A DNA stretch of 33,045 bases from positions 1-33,045 of the forward strand of contig DASQJI010000566.1 of NCBI GenBank assembly GCA_035631175.1. The letters run 5' to 3'. The notes under the pieces are model-generated. The model made no database searches, had not been told where the DNA came from, and worked only from the letters and a program-made list of their open reading frames with translations. The stretch's first letter is position 1. Each line of letters begins with the position of its first letter. Origin of the DNA: Parafilimonas sp. (GTDB lineage Bacteria > Bacteroidota > Bacteroidia > Chitinophagales > Chitinophagaceae). Position numbers and translations under genes: made by a program. Of the stretch, positions 9,430 through 16,510 are shown piece by piece.

Positions 9430-10629
9430 ATGTTATCGACTCCAACTGACATTTACGGTGAATACGTAGATCGCAATTATGAGAAACTTCAGCGTGAGAA
9501 GCGTATCAATTCAGCAGTCTACAACCCAATTAACGAAAAGATATACTTAGAAGATCCTTACTATGGTACAATAGAACAACATAGCGCTGGTAAGATTCCT
9601 TGGGACAAATACCCCTGGATCTCTGACTACAAAAGATACAGAGAACTTGAAGTAGCTTTACACAATGGTTCAGTAAACGAAGATCAAGCTAAATACAATT
9701 TCATAAATCCTGAATTCCAGGATGAAGCTCTTCGCTATAATGAGAAAGTAGAGCAATACGGTGCGGGTGTAATCACATCTACCGAATTCCCTGCATACAC
9801 AGTAACAAGTGTGAGTCAGGAACTCATAAACATGGAACAACTAGAGCGTGTGAAATACAACCTGCTATCAGCAGTAAAAGTCATAAACACGGACCAGCTA
9901 GTACTACGATTCCCAAGGTGGACTGATACAACACAATCTGTGAAGAGCGGTTACAAAGAGAACGATCCGATAGACACCATACAGTACGGTGCAATTACCG
10001 AGCAACAGATCACCACAGAGAAAGCAGGTGTGGGATTTGGCTTTACAGAAGAATACTACATGAGACAGTTTACGTTACCAATTGAAAGTTTCATTATGAG
10101 TAAGATTGCTTTTGACTTTACCAGGGTTAGACATAACCAGGTATTGGCAGCATTACCTTCATTTCCTGATGTAACTGGTAACGACTGGGGTGCTTACACA
10201 GCAGCAAACATCATGTCTACTAATAGACCAGCAGTTAATCTAAACACGGTCAAGGTCGCAATTATGTCAAACAAGCTATACAAACCTGATACAATAATCA
10301 GCAATGAAGCTCAGTATATCGACTATGAAACTAATACCTGGGTGAAAGGCGGCTTGATAGGACCAATGCAAGCGTCCAACAGAACTCAAGACGATATACT
10401 CACGGGTGTAACGGGTATTCCTTGGTTGAACAAATGGATCTTGAATGAAGATATTGCAGCAGATAGAGCATACATCTTCGATAGCAGTCAAATGATCTTT
10501 ATCGAAGGTCCGAGAAAGACAACACAAGCACAGCTCGTTAACCCAGATCAGACAGTAGAGTTCCGCAAAGAGTGGTTCAAATTCCAAATATTTGATACCG
10601 CTGCAGGAAGAGAATTAGTTTCGATTTAG
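9430..10629 (+). CDS. Major capsid protein (probable HK97 fold)
   Basis: 399 aa, follows protease/scaffold/decoration. Segments are consistent with E-loop and P-domain (KENDPIDTIQ..ITEQQITTEKAGVGFGFTEE, KPDTIISN). Assigned by synteny and motif resemblance. Confidence 0.75.
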   Translation: MLSTPTDIYGEYVDRNYEKLQREKRINSAVYNPINEKIYLEDPYYGTIEQHSAGKIPWDKYPWISDYKRYRELEVALHNGSVNEDQAKYNFINPEFQDEALRYNEKVEQYGAGVITSTEFPAYTVTSVSQELINMEQLERVKYNLLSAVKVINTDQLVLRFPRWTDTTQSVKSGYKENDPIDTIQYGAITEQQITTEKAGVGFGFTEEYYMRQFTLPIESFIMSKIAFDFTRVRHNQVLAALPSFPDVTGNDWGAYTAANIMSTNRPAVNLNTVKVAIMSNKLYKPDTIISNEAQYIDYETNTWVKGGLIGPMQASNRTQDDILTGVTGIPWLNKWILNEDIAADRAYIFDSSQMIFIEGPRKTTQAQLVNPDQTVEFRKEWFKFQIFDTAAGRELVSI

Positions 10630-10665
10630 TAGTTAACCTACTCGAGACATTCTTCCTCATCTTTA

Positions 10666-10695
10666 CCCTAACCATGTTAGGGATGTTTATTTATC
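10666..10695 (+). terminator. Hairpin with T-rich tail after the MCP gene
   Basis: CCCTAAC-CAT-GTTAGGG (10666-10682) followed by atgtttatttat. Confidence 0.5.
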
Positions 10696-10724
10696 AGTTT
10701 ATTCAATGGATGAAAGAACGTGAC

Positions 10725-10746
10725 TAGTTCTCACTAACTTTTTAAG
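10725..10746 (+). promoter_or_regulatory. Putative late promoter: TAGTTCTCA + TTTTAAG
   Basis: Motif at 10725-10733, TATA-like box at +15, ATG at 10777. Confidence 0.7.
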
Positions 10747-10776
10747 ACCTAATGTAATTAGAGGTATTATTATAAA

Positions 10777-11676
10777 ATGGTTAATTATTGGAAATCTCCA
10801 GAAGGTATAAAGGCTTACGAGAAGATAGGCAAGCCATACCCAGTAACAACATACGACACAGACTATGAACAGTTTGTAAACAGTACTAAATCATCAGACG
10901 AACGTAATAGAACAAAGCGCAAAGTCACACGAATAATGCGTGTACAAGGTGCTGATGGTAAAGAGTATCTAACATATAGCGAAGTTGAAACACGCTTTAA
11001 CGATATCGGTAATAGTTATTCCCGCTTTAGGGAGAATATAGGCACTTACCCAATTCCTGAGGGTCATGTAGTCTTATACTACGATAATAATGGCGAACAG
11101 CAGCAAAAGGTTGATTCAATAAGCGACATAAAGACAGGTTATTCAATTCCATTCAATTCCGCTAAAGCTGCAGCTATACATAAGAACGCAGTAGACGATG
11201 TACCACAAAGAGCGGGAAGAACTGAATACTTTGTTCAACGTGCTAATGATCCTCCAGTATCAGTTGAAAGCTTTCAAGATCTAGTAAATGGAGAGTTTGA
11301 CGAATTATACAAACACGGTAAGCGTGTCCCTGGTTGGCCTGAAGAGAAGAAGCAAGCTCAAGCAGAACGCGAACAGCTAGAAGCAGCTAGGGAAGTTAGA
11401 GATTATTCAACAGATGAAGACCAAAAGATTAGAGCCATAAATCTAGAATCTCAAATAACTACTGATGCAATAGAAGCGGATGATGCATCTAACATAAAAC
11501 ACGAAGGTGGTCAATCCGATGCACTTGAAGTCATAAAGCAGGAAGAGCAAGAGAATAAAGAGATAGCCGAAGAGATCCAGGAAGAACAACGCGAGAGATT
11601 AGAGCGACAAGGATTCGATCAGCAGCAAGATCGGAATAGTAGTAAGCAAAGCACTAAGAAGGCTTCTAAGAAGTAG
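10777..11676 (+). CDS. Hypothetical protein with acidic, low-complexity C-terminus
   Basis: 299 aa. Globular N-terminal ~185 aa, E/Q-rich tail ending in a basic patch (SKQSTKKASKK). Confidence 0.75.
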   Translation: MVNYWKSPEGIKAYEKIGKPYPVTTYDTDYEQFVNSTKSSDERNRTKRKVTRIMRVQGADGKEYLTYSEVETRFNDIGNSYSRFRENIGTYPIPEGHVVLYYDNNGEQQQKVDSISDIKTGYSIPFNSAKAAAIHKNAVDDVPQRAGRTEYFVQRANDPPVSVESFQDLVNGEFDELYKHGKRVPGWPEEKKQAQAEREQLEAAREVRDYSTDEDQKIRAINLESQITTDAIEADDASNIKHEGGQSDALEVIKQEEQENKEIAEEIQEEQRERLERQGFDQQQDRNSSKQSTKKASKK

Positions 11677-11682
11677 TAGAGT

Positions 11683-12060
11683 ATGCGTAAAACTCTATTC
11701 TGGACCGCTATTTATTCAACTGCAGCGTTTACGGTCCTTACTATCTATAATATTTACTTCCTGCATAACCTTGAAGTAGACGATAACACTACTAGATTCT
11801 TTGCTATAACTGCAAACCAGCAGATAAGCCATTCAATAGCTTTAGTGATCCTTATACTTTTGGTAGTCGAGTTATATTATCAGAAGAAAGTCGTAGGAGG
11901 ACCAAAGATTACGTTAGGAACAGCATACACCTCTAAAGAAGAAGTGAAATCGATACACCCTGATATTCCTGAATCATATTTTGAAGATCCGACATCAAAA
12001 TCAGTAGAAGATAGGATTAACGGTAATAGTCTTAGTTCCAAAGAAGGACGAAACGAATAA
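11683..12060 (+). CDS. Two-TM membrane protein (holin-like candidate)
   Basis: Hydrophobic segments at about aa 5-28 and aa 48-66, hydrophilic C-terminus. Confidence 0.6.
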   Translation: MRKTLFWTAIYSTAAFTVLTIYNIYFLHNLEVDDNTTRFFAITANQQISHSIALVILILLVVELYYQKKVVGGPKITLGTAYTSKEEVKSIHPDIPESYFEDPTSKSVEDRINGNSLSSKEGRNE

Positions 12061-12082
12061 AATATACTGACTTTACATCTCT

Positions 12083-12451
12083 ATGAGTTCGCCAGCAGCA
12101 GAAGCTACCAGTTTTAATTTGATCACTATTCTGATCTCGGTAATATCGATAGTTATAGGTGCTGTGACAGCACTAATAGCTAAAGCATTCAAAGCAGGTA
12201 AGAAGGAAGCAACTTTTGAAGGTCAAGACTCTTTATTTAATAATATGCTCACTAATGCAGTTAAGGATCAGGTTGCATTAAAGGAGGAAATGAGTAGGGT
12301 ATGCAAGAATCTAACTGATATAAACCTGAGACTAACAAAGCTTGAGACTATAATCGCAGAGCGCGACAAATACCAGCGTGGCTCAGACAAAGGCTATGGT
12401 GCTTTTCGTGATATGCAAGAAAGAGATAATAGTCGCGAGAATTGGAGATAA
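12083..12451 (+). CDS. Single-TM membrane protein with coiled coil
   Basis: LITILISVISIVIGAVTALIA followed by KAFKAGKK and a heptad-like region. Confidence 0.65.
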   Translation: MSSPAAEATSFNLITILISVISIVIGAVTALIAKAFKAGKKEATFEGQDSLFNNMLTNAVKDQVALKEEMSRVCKNLTDINLRLTKLETIIAERDKYQRGSDKGYGAFRDMQERDNSRENWR

Positions 12452-12472
12452 TAGGTAGTAGAAGTAGTAAAA

Positions 12473-12862
12473 ATGTTTGAATCTATATTAATGCAGATAG
12501 TACCACCTTCACCACCACCAAGCACAGACGTTATCAGTAATATAGTAGCGGTGATTGTAGCGGTTGGTGCTATTGCCACAGCATTAGGTACATTTATGTC
12601 CCATAACGACAAATTCAAGAAATACGGTCAGTATTTGACTGCATTCGGTCAGAAAACAGTCGAGCAAGAGGGAAATATTGCAGCTCTTGGGAATGCTATA
12701 ACAGGTCTATCACCTGAAGCTAAAGCCTACCTGGAGGCTCAGAATGCTTCAATTGCAGAGCTTAGGCGTAGAGCGGAAGTAGCAGAGAAACAGTTAGAGA
12801 AATTGCAGGGCAATATTCCAGAAGCAGCACAAGCAGATAATAAAGCTGACTTACCACGTTAG
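12473..12862 (+). CDS. Single-TM membrane protein with coiled coil
   Basis: VISNIVAVIVAVGAIATALGTF followed by a helical IAELRRRAEVAEKQLEKL segment. Confidence 0.65.
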   Translation: MFESILMQIVPPSPPPSTDVISNIVAVIVAVGAIATALGTFMSHNDKFKKYGQYLTAFGQKTVEQEGNIAALGNAITGLSPEAKAYLEAQNASIAELRRRAEVAEKQLEKLQGNIPEAAQADNKADLPR

Positions 12863-13332
12863 GTAAAAGACTTCATATAAGTAGCAATGATCTGAAAACT
12901 CAGAACCCATTGATCTACTTCTGGTTCTCTAGGTTCTGTAATACCTGAAGCTGAAGGTTTTACAGACTCTATCCCCCTACTTTTGAAATATGTATCAGTC
13001 TGATATTTTGCTATATGATAATCTATAAACTCCTCCCATTCATTTAGATAAGGTGGTTTACCTGGTCCTATCCATGTTATAGCAAAACGGGCAGTACATA
13101 GCGCTGAATATTGTACTTTTGAAATCCCTAGATACGGCAGTAATCTAGTAGTGGTATCTCGTGTTACAACAAAAGAATATACTTTAAGTTCTGATTTGGG
13201 TTCACCCCATAAAATATCGGTATCTGCAGGTAGAACGTTCGGATCGCTTAAGCTGCTTCTATAAGCTACATACTTACTCTTTAGAAAGTTATAGATGATA
13301 TCTTCAGGGTAATCCCTTGTCTGAGTACTCAT
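12859..13332 (-). CDS. Putative tail terminator / tail completion protein
   Basis: 157 aa. N-terminal 'IIYNFLK' helix, alpha/beta pattern and final beta strand (WVLSFQIIATY) resemble lambda gpU / SPP1 gp17-type proteins; co-transcribed with the adaptor. Confidence 0.5.
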   Translation of the reverse strand: MSTQTRDYPEDIIYNFLKSKYVAYRSSLSDPNVLPADTDILWGEPKSELKVYSFVVTRDTTTRLLPYLGISKVQYSALCTARFAITWIGPGKPPYLNEWEEFIDYHIAKYQTDTYFKSRGIESVKPSASGITEPREPEVDQWVLSFQIIATYMKSFT

Positions 13333-13526
13333 GTCTTTGTATACAGATGTAATTTTGTAGTATTACCAATAGCAGGACATTGTACGGGTTCACGTTGTGT
13401 TGATGGTTTACCACAAAAGCGACATTTACCAGGGTCGATCATTCTAGCAGGGGAATCTTCTGCTAATGTTCTCGCTGTTACGTCTTCGCCTGCGGCGTTA
13501 GCTTGTCTGTTCATTCTTATTGTCAT
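13329..13526 (-). CDS. Small Cys/His protein (CxxC...C...H)
   Basis: 65 aa, coupled to both neighbours by 4-nt overlaps; contains CRFC..CP..H. Confidence 0.6.
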   Translation of the reverse strand: MTIRMNRQANAAGEDVTARTLAEDSPARMIDPGKCRFCGKPSTQREPVQCPAIGNTTKLHLYTKT

Positions 13527-13996
13527 ATTGGTACAAAAGTATGATAATACTGATTGTAGAACGGTGTTCTCGGTCCCTTCTTGAGTCCTACATATCCTTC
13601 ACTATAAATTATTCCTGATTCATTAGCAGGATATGTAACAGGATCAGACATTTCAACAAATGCAGCTCCTATCGTCTCTGTCTGTTCTTCAGATACTAGT
13701 TTATCTAATAGAGCTTGAGCGTCCTTCTGCAGTTGTGCTCTAGTTGTCTCTTGAGATTGTACACCCGTCAATAGCTCAACAGCAGCTAGATATCTGGTTA
13801 TCTTCTTGACTGTGTTTAAGATTACAGGTGAAGTTGTGGTATCATCAAGATTTGTATCAGTCCTTCCTATACCTAAATTTACTTCAGATGTAGCGCTAGC
13901 AATAGCATTATCTATTGTTGCGTTATCTCGCTGTGCCGATAAGTTACCGATTAAAGGTCGGACATCTGCAGCGGTTGCGTAAATTGCTTCTGCCAT
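13523..13996 (-). CDS. Head-tail adaptor (HK97 gp6 / SPP1 gp15 / Mu gp36-like)
   Basis: N-terminal YATAADV motif and helical bundle (IDNAIASATSEVN, KITRYLAAVELL, AQALLDKL). Confidence 0.7.
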   Translation of the reverse strand: MAEAIYATAADVRPLIGNLSAQRDNATIDNAIASATSEVNLGIGRTDTNLDDTTTSPVILNTVKKITRYLAAVELLTGVQSQETTRAQLQKDAQALLDKLVSEEQTETIGAAFVEMSDPVTYPANESGIIYSEGYVGLKKGPRTPFYNQYYHTFVPI

Positions 13997-14017
13997 ATTA
14001 CTACTACTACTAATTCT

Positions 14018-14053
14018 TAGTTCTCAAGTGTATTTTAAACTTCTTGAGAAGTA
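14018..14053. promoter_or_regulatory. Divergent promoter: inverted pair TAGTTCTCAAG / CTTGAGAAGTA around a shared TTTTAAA
   Basis: + strand motif at 14018 points to the tail tube gene. The - strand copy TACTTCTCA (14053-14045) points to the adaptor gene. Confidence 0.65.
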
Positions 14054-14062
14054 TAATATAAA

Positions 14063-14998
14063 ATGCCAACAATTACCCCAACTGGTGCTCCAGATGTTAT
14101 AAAGAAACCTCAATTTGTTGAGGAAGTAGTAGAAGGAACCTTACCCTTATCAGGTCCAACATTCAAATCATGTGGACTAGTTCAATCAATAGGTCAAGAT
14201 ATAACAATTGAGAATAATAAGATTCGTCCTCTTGGTGAGTACGATGTAAAGAAGCAGGTGAAGTTAGGAGAAGTTTATACATCAGAACTTAAATTCCAAC
14301 CTGATAATTTCCAACTTATGAAATATGGTATGCTTCTACCTGTATCTCCAGCAACCACACCACCTGACAAAACAATGGTCGCTCCAAATGGTACTGTGGG
14401 TGTATCATTATCAATTTTAATGTCTGCTTTGATAGATGGTGTTGAGAAATACAAAGTCTATACAGGTGTTAAATTCAATGGTATTAGTGGTGAAATTACT
14501 AGAGAAGGTGGTTTTAATGTCACTATGCCCTTCCAATGTACCTCTATATCTGATTGGACAGTAGCACCAACATTTTCACCAGCAGCAACATACGCAACAG
14601 ATCCAACAGCTAACCCGTGGTCGGGTATATCTTCGGGTGCTGACCCATTATCAATTAACTCAGTAATATATGATACTACAAGCTTCAAGTTTGATATAGA
14701 TTTAGGAGTTCAGCGTTTTAGACCCAATGGTGTAACAGCCTTCAAATATTCGAAAAGTTTCCAGCGTAACCTATCAGTCTCATGGAATACACTAGTGTAT
14801 AACAACGTCTTGATAGGTGACTTGAGAAGTTACACACCTAGGACCGTAGCTTATACAATCGCAACAGGTAAGGTCTTAACATTCAACTCTGTTAGAACTG
14901 AATCTTACAGCGCTGGTCTTGAAGGTGGATCAACTGATTTCGCTATGGAAGAATTCAGCGGTGTGTCCGAAGGTGGACTAACAATCACAGACGTATAA
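14063..14998 (+). CDS. Major tail (tube) protein
   Basis: 311 aa, two beta-sandwich halves (QFVEEVVEGTLP..FKSCG, KVYTGVKFNGISGEI), upstream of chaperone and TMP; no sheath gene seen. Confidence 0.75.
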   Translation: MPTITPTGAPDVIKKPQFVEEVVEGTLPLSGPTFKSCGLVQSIGQDITIENNKIRPLGEYDVKKQVKLGEVYTSELKFQPDNFQLMKYGMLLPVSPATTPPDKTMVAPNGTVGVSLSILMSALIDGVEKYKVYTGVKFNGISGEITREGGFNVTMPFQCTSISDWTVAPTFSPAATYATDPTANPWSGISSGADPLSINSVIYDTTSFKFDIDLGVQRFRPNGVTAFKYSKSFQRNLSVSWNTLVYNNVLIGDLRSYTPRTVAYTIATGKVLTFNSVRTESYSAGLEGGSTDFAMEEFSGVSEGGLTITDV

Positions 14999-15000
14999 TA

Positions 15001-15041
15001 GAAGAATCTTACTATCAATCAGTCTACTAGTAGACAAATTT
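15001..15041. repeat. Dispersed palindromic element, copy 2 (core at 15022-15035, flanks inverted relative to copy 1)
   Basis: Reverse complement reads aaatttGTCTACTAGTAGACtgattgatagtaagattcttc. Confidence 0.9.
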
Positions 15042-15065
15042 GAGAGATATGTATTTTTATCTCTC
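15042..15065 (+). terminator. Stem-loop after the tail tube gene
   Basis: GAGAGATA-tgtatttt-TATCTCTC, followed by a T-rich tract. Confidence 0.45.
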
Positions 15066-15094
15066 TTCATATCTTTTATTATAGCATATACAAA

Positions 15095-15880
15095 TTGTCA
15101 AATGAAGAAGCAGAAGATGATATTTTAGAACTCAATAAACAAGAACAGCCTAAGGATTCACAACAGCAATCACAAGAAATAGACTTAGAGAATGTTTTAG
15201 CAAACCAGAGTGATAAGGCAAAGAAGTTTGATTTATCACAATTTCACGGTATGGACATGGAGAGGTTAAATGCATACTTTGGTTCAGTAGGTGATGCAAA
15301 CAACCAAATCCAAATAGCTTTATCACAACTTGATAAATTCGTTATTCCGTATAACAAGAGTGGCGATATTATCTATGCAGATTGGCAGCGGTTTGAACTC
15401 AAATACCATAGCGTTACTATGGGTGCACATAATAGACGACAGGAATTAAACGCAGCAGTTGAAGATCTTGGTAGACAGATTCAAACCGTAGCACTCAAGA
15501 TCCAAACTATGCAGCAAGAAGTTAGAGATAGACAGATGAGGATGATGAGAGGTGATAATAGTAAAGCAGATCTTGCGTTATCACGAACTGATAAAACTAC
15601 TCTTGACAACATCAGAGTTGAAGAACTTCAAAAGACCGTCAAAAGTTTAGATGAGATTCCAAATGATATGAATAAGGAAATGCAACGTATGCGTGAAGAT
15701 GCAAACTGGTTAGGAATGCAGATGTATTTTCACATCAAGGAAAGGGAGGTGTTTGACAATGTCAGAGCCGACCACCTTGATAATATTCTGAAAGCTTGTG
15801 ACTTGAAGCAACTTGGCCTCCCAAAGTCTCAAGAACTCTCAAAGAGTTCGCCTATGCAGGTTCGTCAAGGAGTCAGTTAA
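15095..15880 (+). CDS. Tail assembly chaperone (gpG-like)
   Basis: TTG start, 261 aa, helical/coiled-coil, between tail tube and TMP, with a slippery site near its 3' end. Confidence 0.7.
   Translation: MSNEEAEDDILELNKQEQPKDSQQQSQEIDLENVLANQSDKAKKFDLSQFHGMDMERLNAYFGSVGDANNQIQIALSQLDKFVIPYNKSGDIIYADWQRFELKYHSVTMGAHNRRQELNAAVEDLGRQIQTVALKIQTMQQEVRDRQMRMMRGDNSKADLALSRTDKTTLDNIRVEELQKTVKSLDEIPNDMNKEMQRMREDANWLGMQMYFHIKEREVFDNVRADHLDNILKACDLKQLGLPKSQELSKSSPMQVRQGVS
15820..15849 (+). other. Programmed -1 ribosomal frameshift signal
   Basis: C CCA AAG (15820-15826) in X XXY YYZ phase, 6-nt spacer, then hairpin GAACTCT-CAA-AGAGTTC (15833-15849). Confidence 0.8.
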
Positions 15881-16098
15881 CCGACCGTGAAATTCGAATT
15901 TTACAACACTACGTATGGAAGCGAGACTTTGACTTGTGGTGGTGGGAAATCTACGGAGATAAAGACATTTACGTTGATGACCTTGCCGACTACAGAGAAT
16001 ACCTGGCATTGGTTCATGACAGACAGCGAATGAAGCAAGACATGGACAAACAGAAAGCAGAAGCGGAGGCGAAGAGAAGGACACGGCAGGCTCAGTAA
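15820..16098 (+). CDS. -1 frame extension of the tail chaperone (gpT part of a ~334-aa G-T fusion)
   Basis: Frame open 15802-16098: PKVSRTLKEFAYAGSSRSQLTDREIRILQHYVWKRDFDLWWWEIYGDKDIYVDDLADYREYLALVHDRQRMKQDMDKQKAEAEAKRRTRQAQ*. No ATG until 16030; absent from the ORF track. Confidence 0.75.
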   Translation, partial: PKVSRTLKEFAYAGSSRSQLTDREIRILQHYVWKRDFDLWWWEIYGDKDIYVDDLADYREYLALVHDRQRMKQDMDKQKAEAEAKRRTRQAQ

Positions 16099-16454
16099 CA
16101 ATATCAATTGATGCTACTAAAAGCTTAGACAAGATAGCTCAATCTTTTGCAAAGATAGGGACTACTGTAAACAAGAGCATGTCTACGTTTCTTAAGACAA
16201 AGGGAGATGAGATAACAAAGGAATATCATGATACTGTGCCCGTCCGTACAGGAAGACTACGCAATTCTATTTCTGGAGGTTTACAAGGTGATTTGAAATA
16301 TGTTGGAGGTGCTACAGTCCCTTATGCTCCATTTGTAGAAAAGCATAGAGGTAATTTAGATGAAGCTGTCAAGAAGGGCACAGCAACTATGCAATCAGAT
16401 TTAGAAAAGTTGGTTAAAGATATTTTTGGTAGTAGTCCACCTACTGTTTCTTAA
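16083..16454 (+). CDS. HK97 gp10-like tail completion protein (start probably upstream of the ATG at 16179)
   Basis: VPVRTGRLRNSI...VPYAPFVE is the gp10-family signature. The frame is open back to 16020; ACG at 16083 would give MAGSVTISIDATKSLDKI... Confidence 0.75.
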   Translation, partial: TAGSVTISIDATKSLDKIAQSFAKIGTTVNKSMSTFLKTKGDEITKEYHDTVPVRTGRLRNSISGGLQGDLKYVGGATVPYAPFVEKHRGNLDEAVKKGTATMQSDLEKLVKDIFGSSPPTVS

Positions 16455-16510
16455 TACTTCATATAATAATCACTTATGTAAAAATACAATAGGGCTAGTC
16501 TAGACTAAAA

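Noticed and set aside
12033-12041. TAGTTCCAA 50 nt upstream of ORF 12083 as another promoter motif copy
   Set aside because: It has two mismatches and no TATA-like box at +15, and the same 9-mer occurs mid-gene near 8550.
15839-16132. Minus-strand ORFs 15839-16132 and 15901-16107
   Set aside because: The region is better explained by the + strand -1 frameshift extension and the gp10-like N-terminus.
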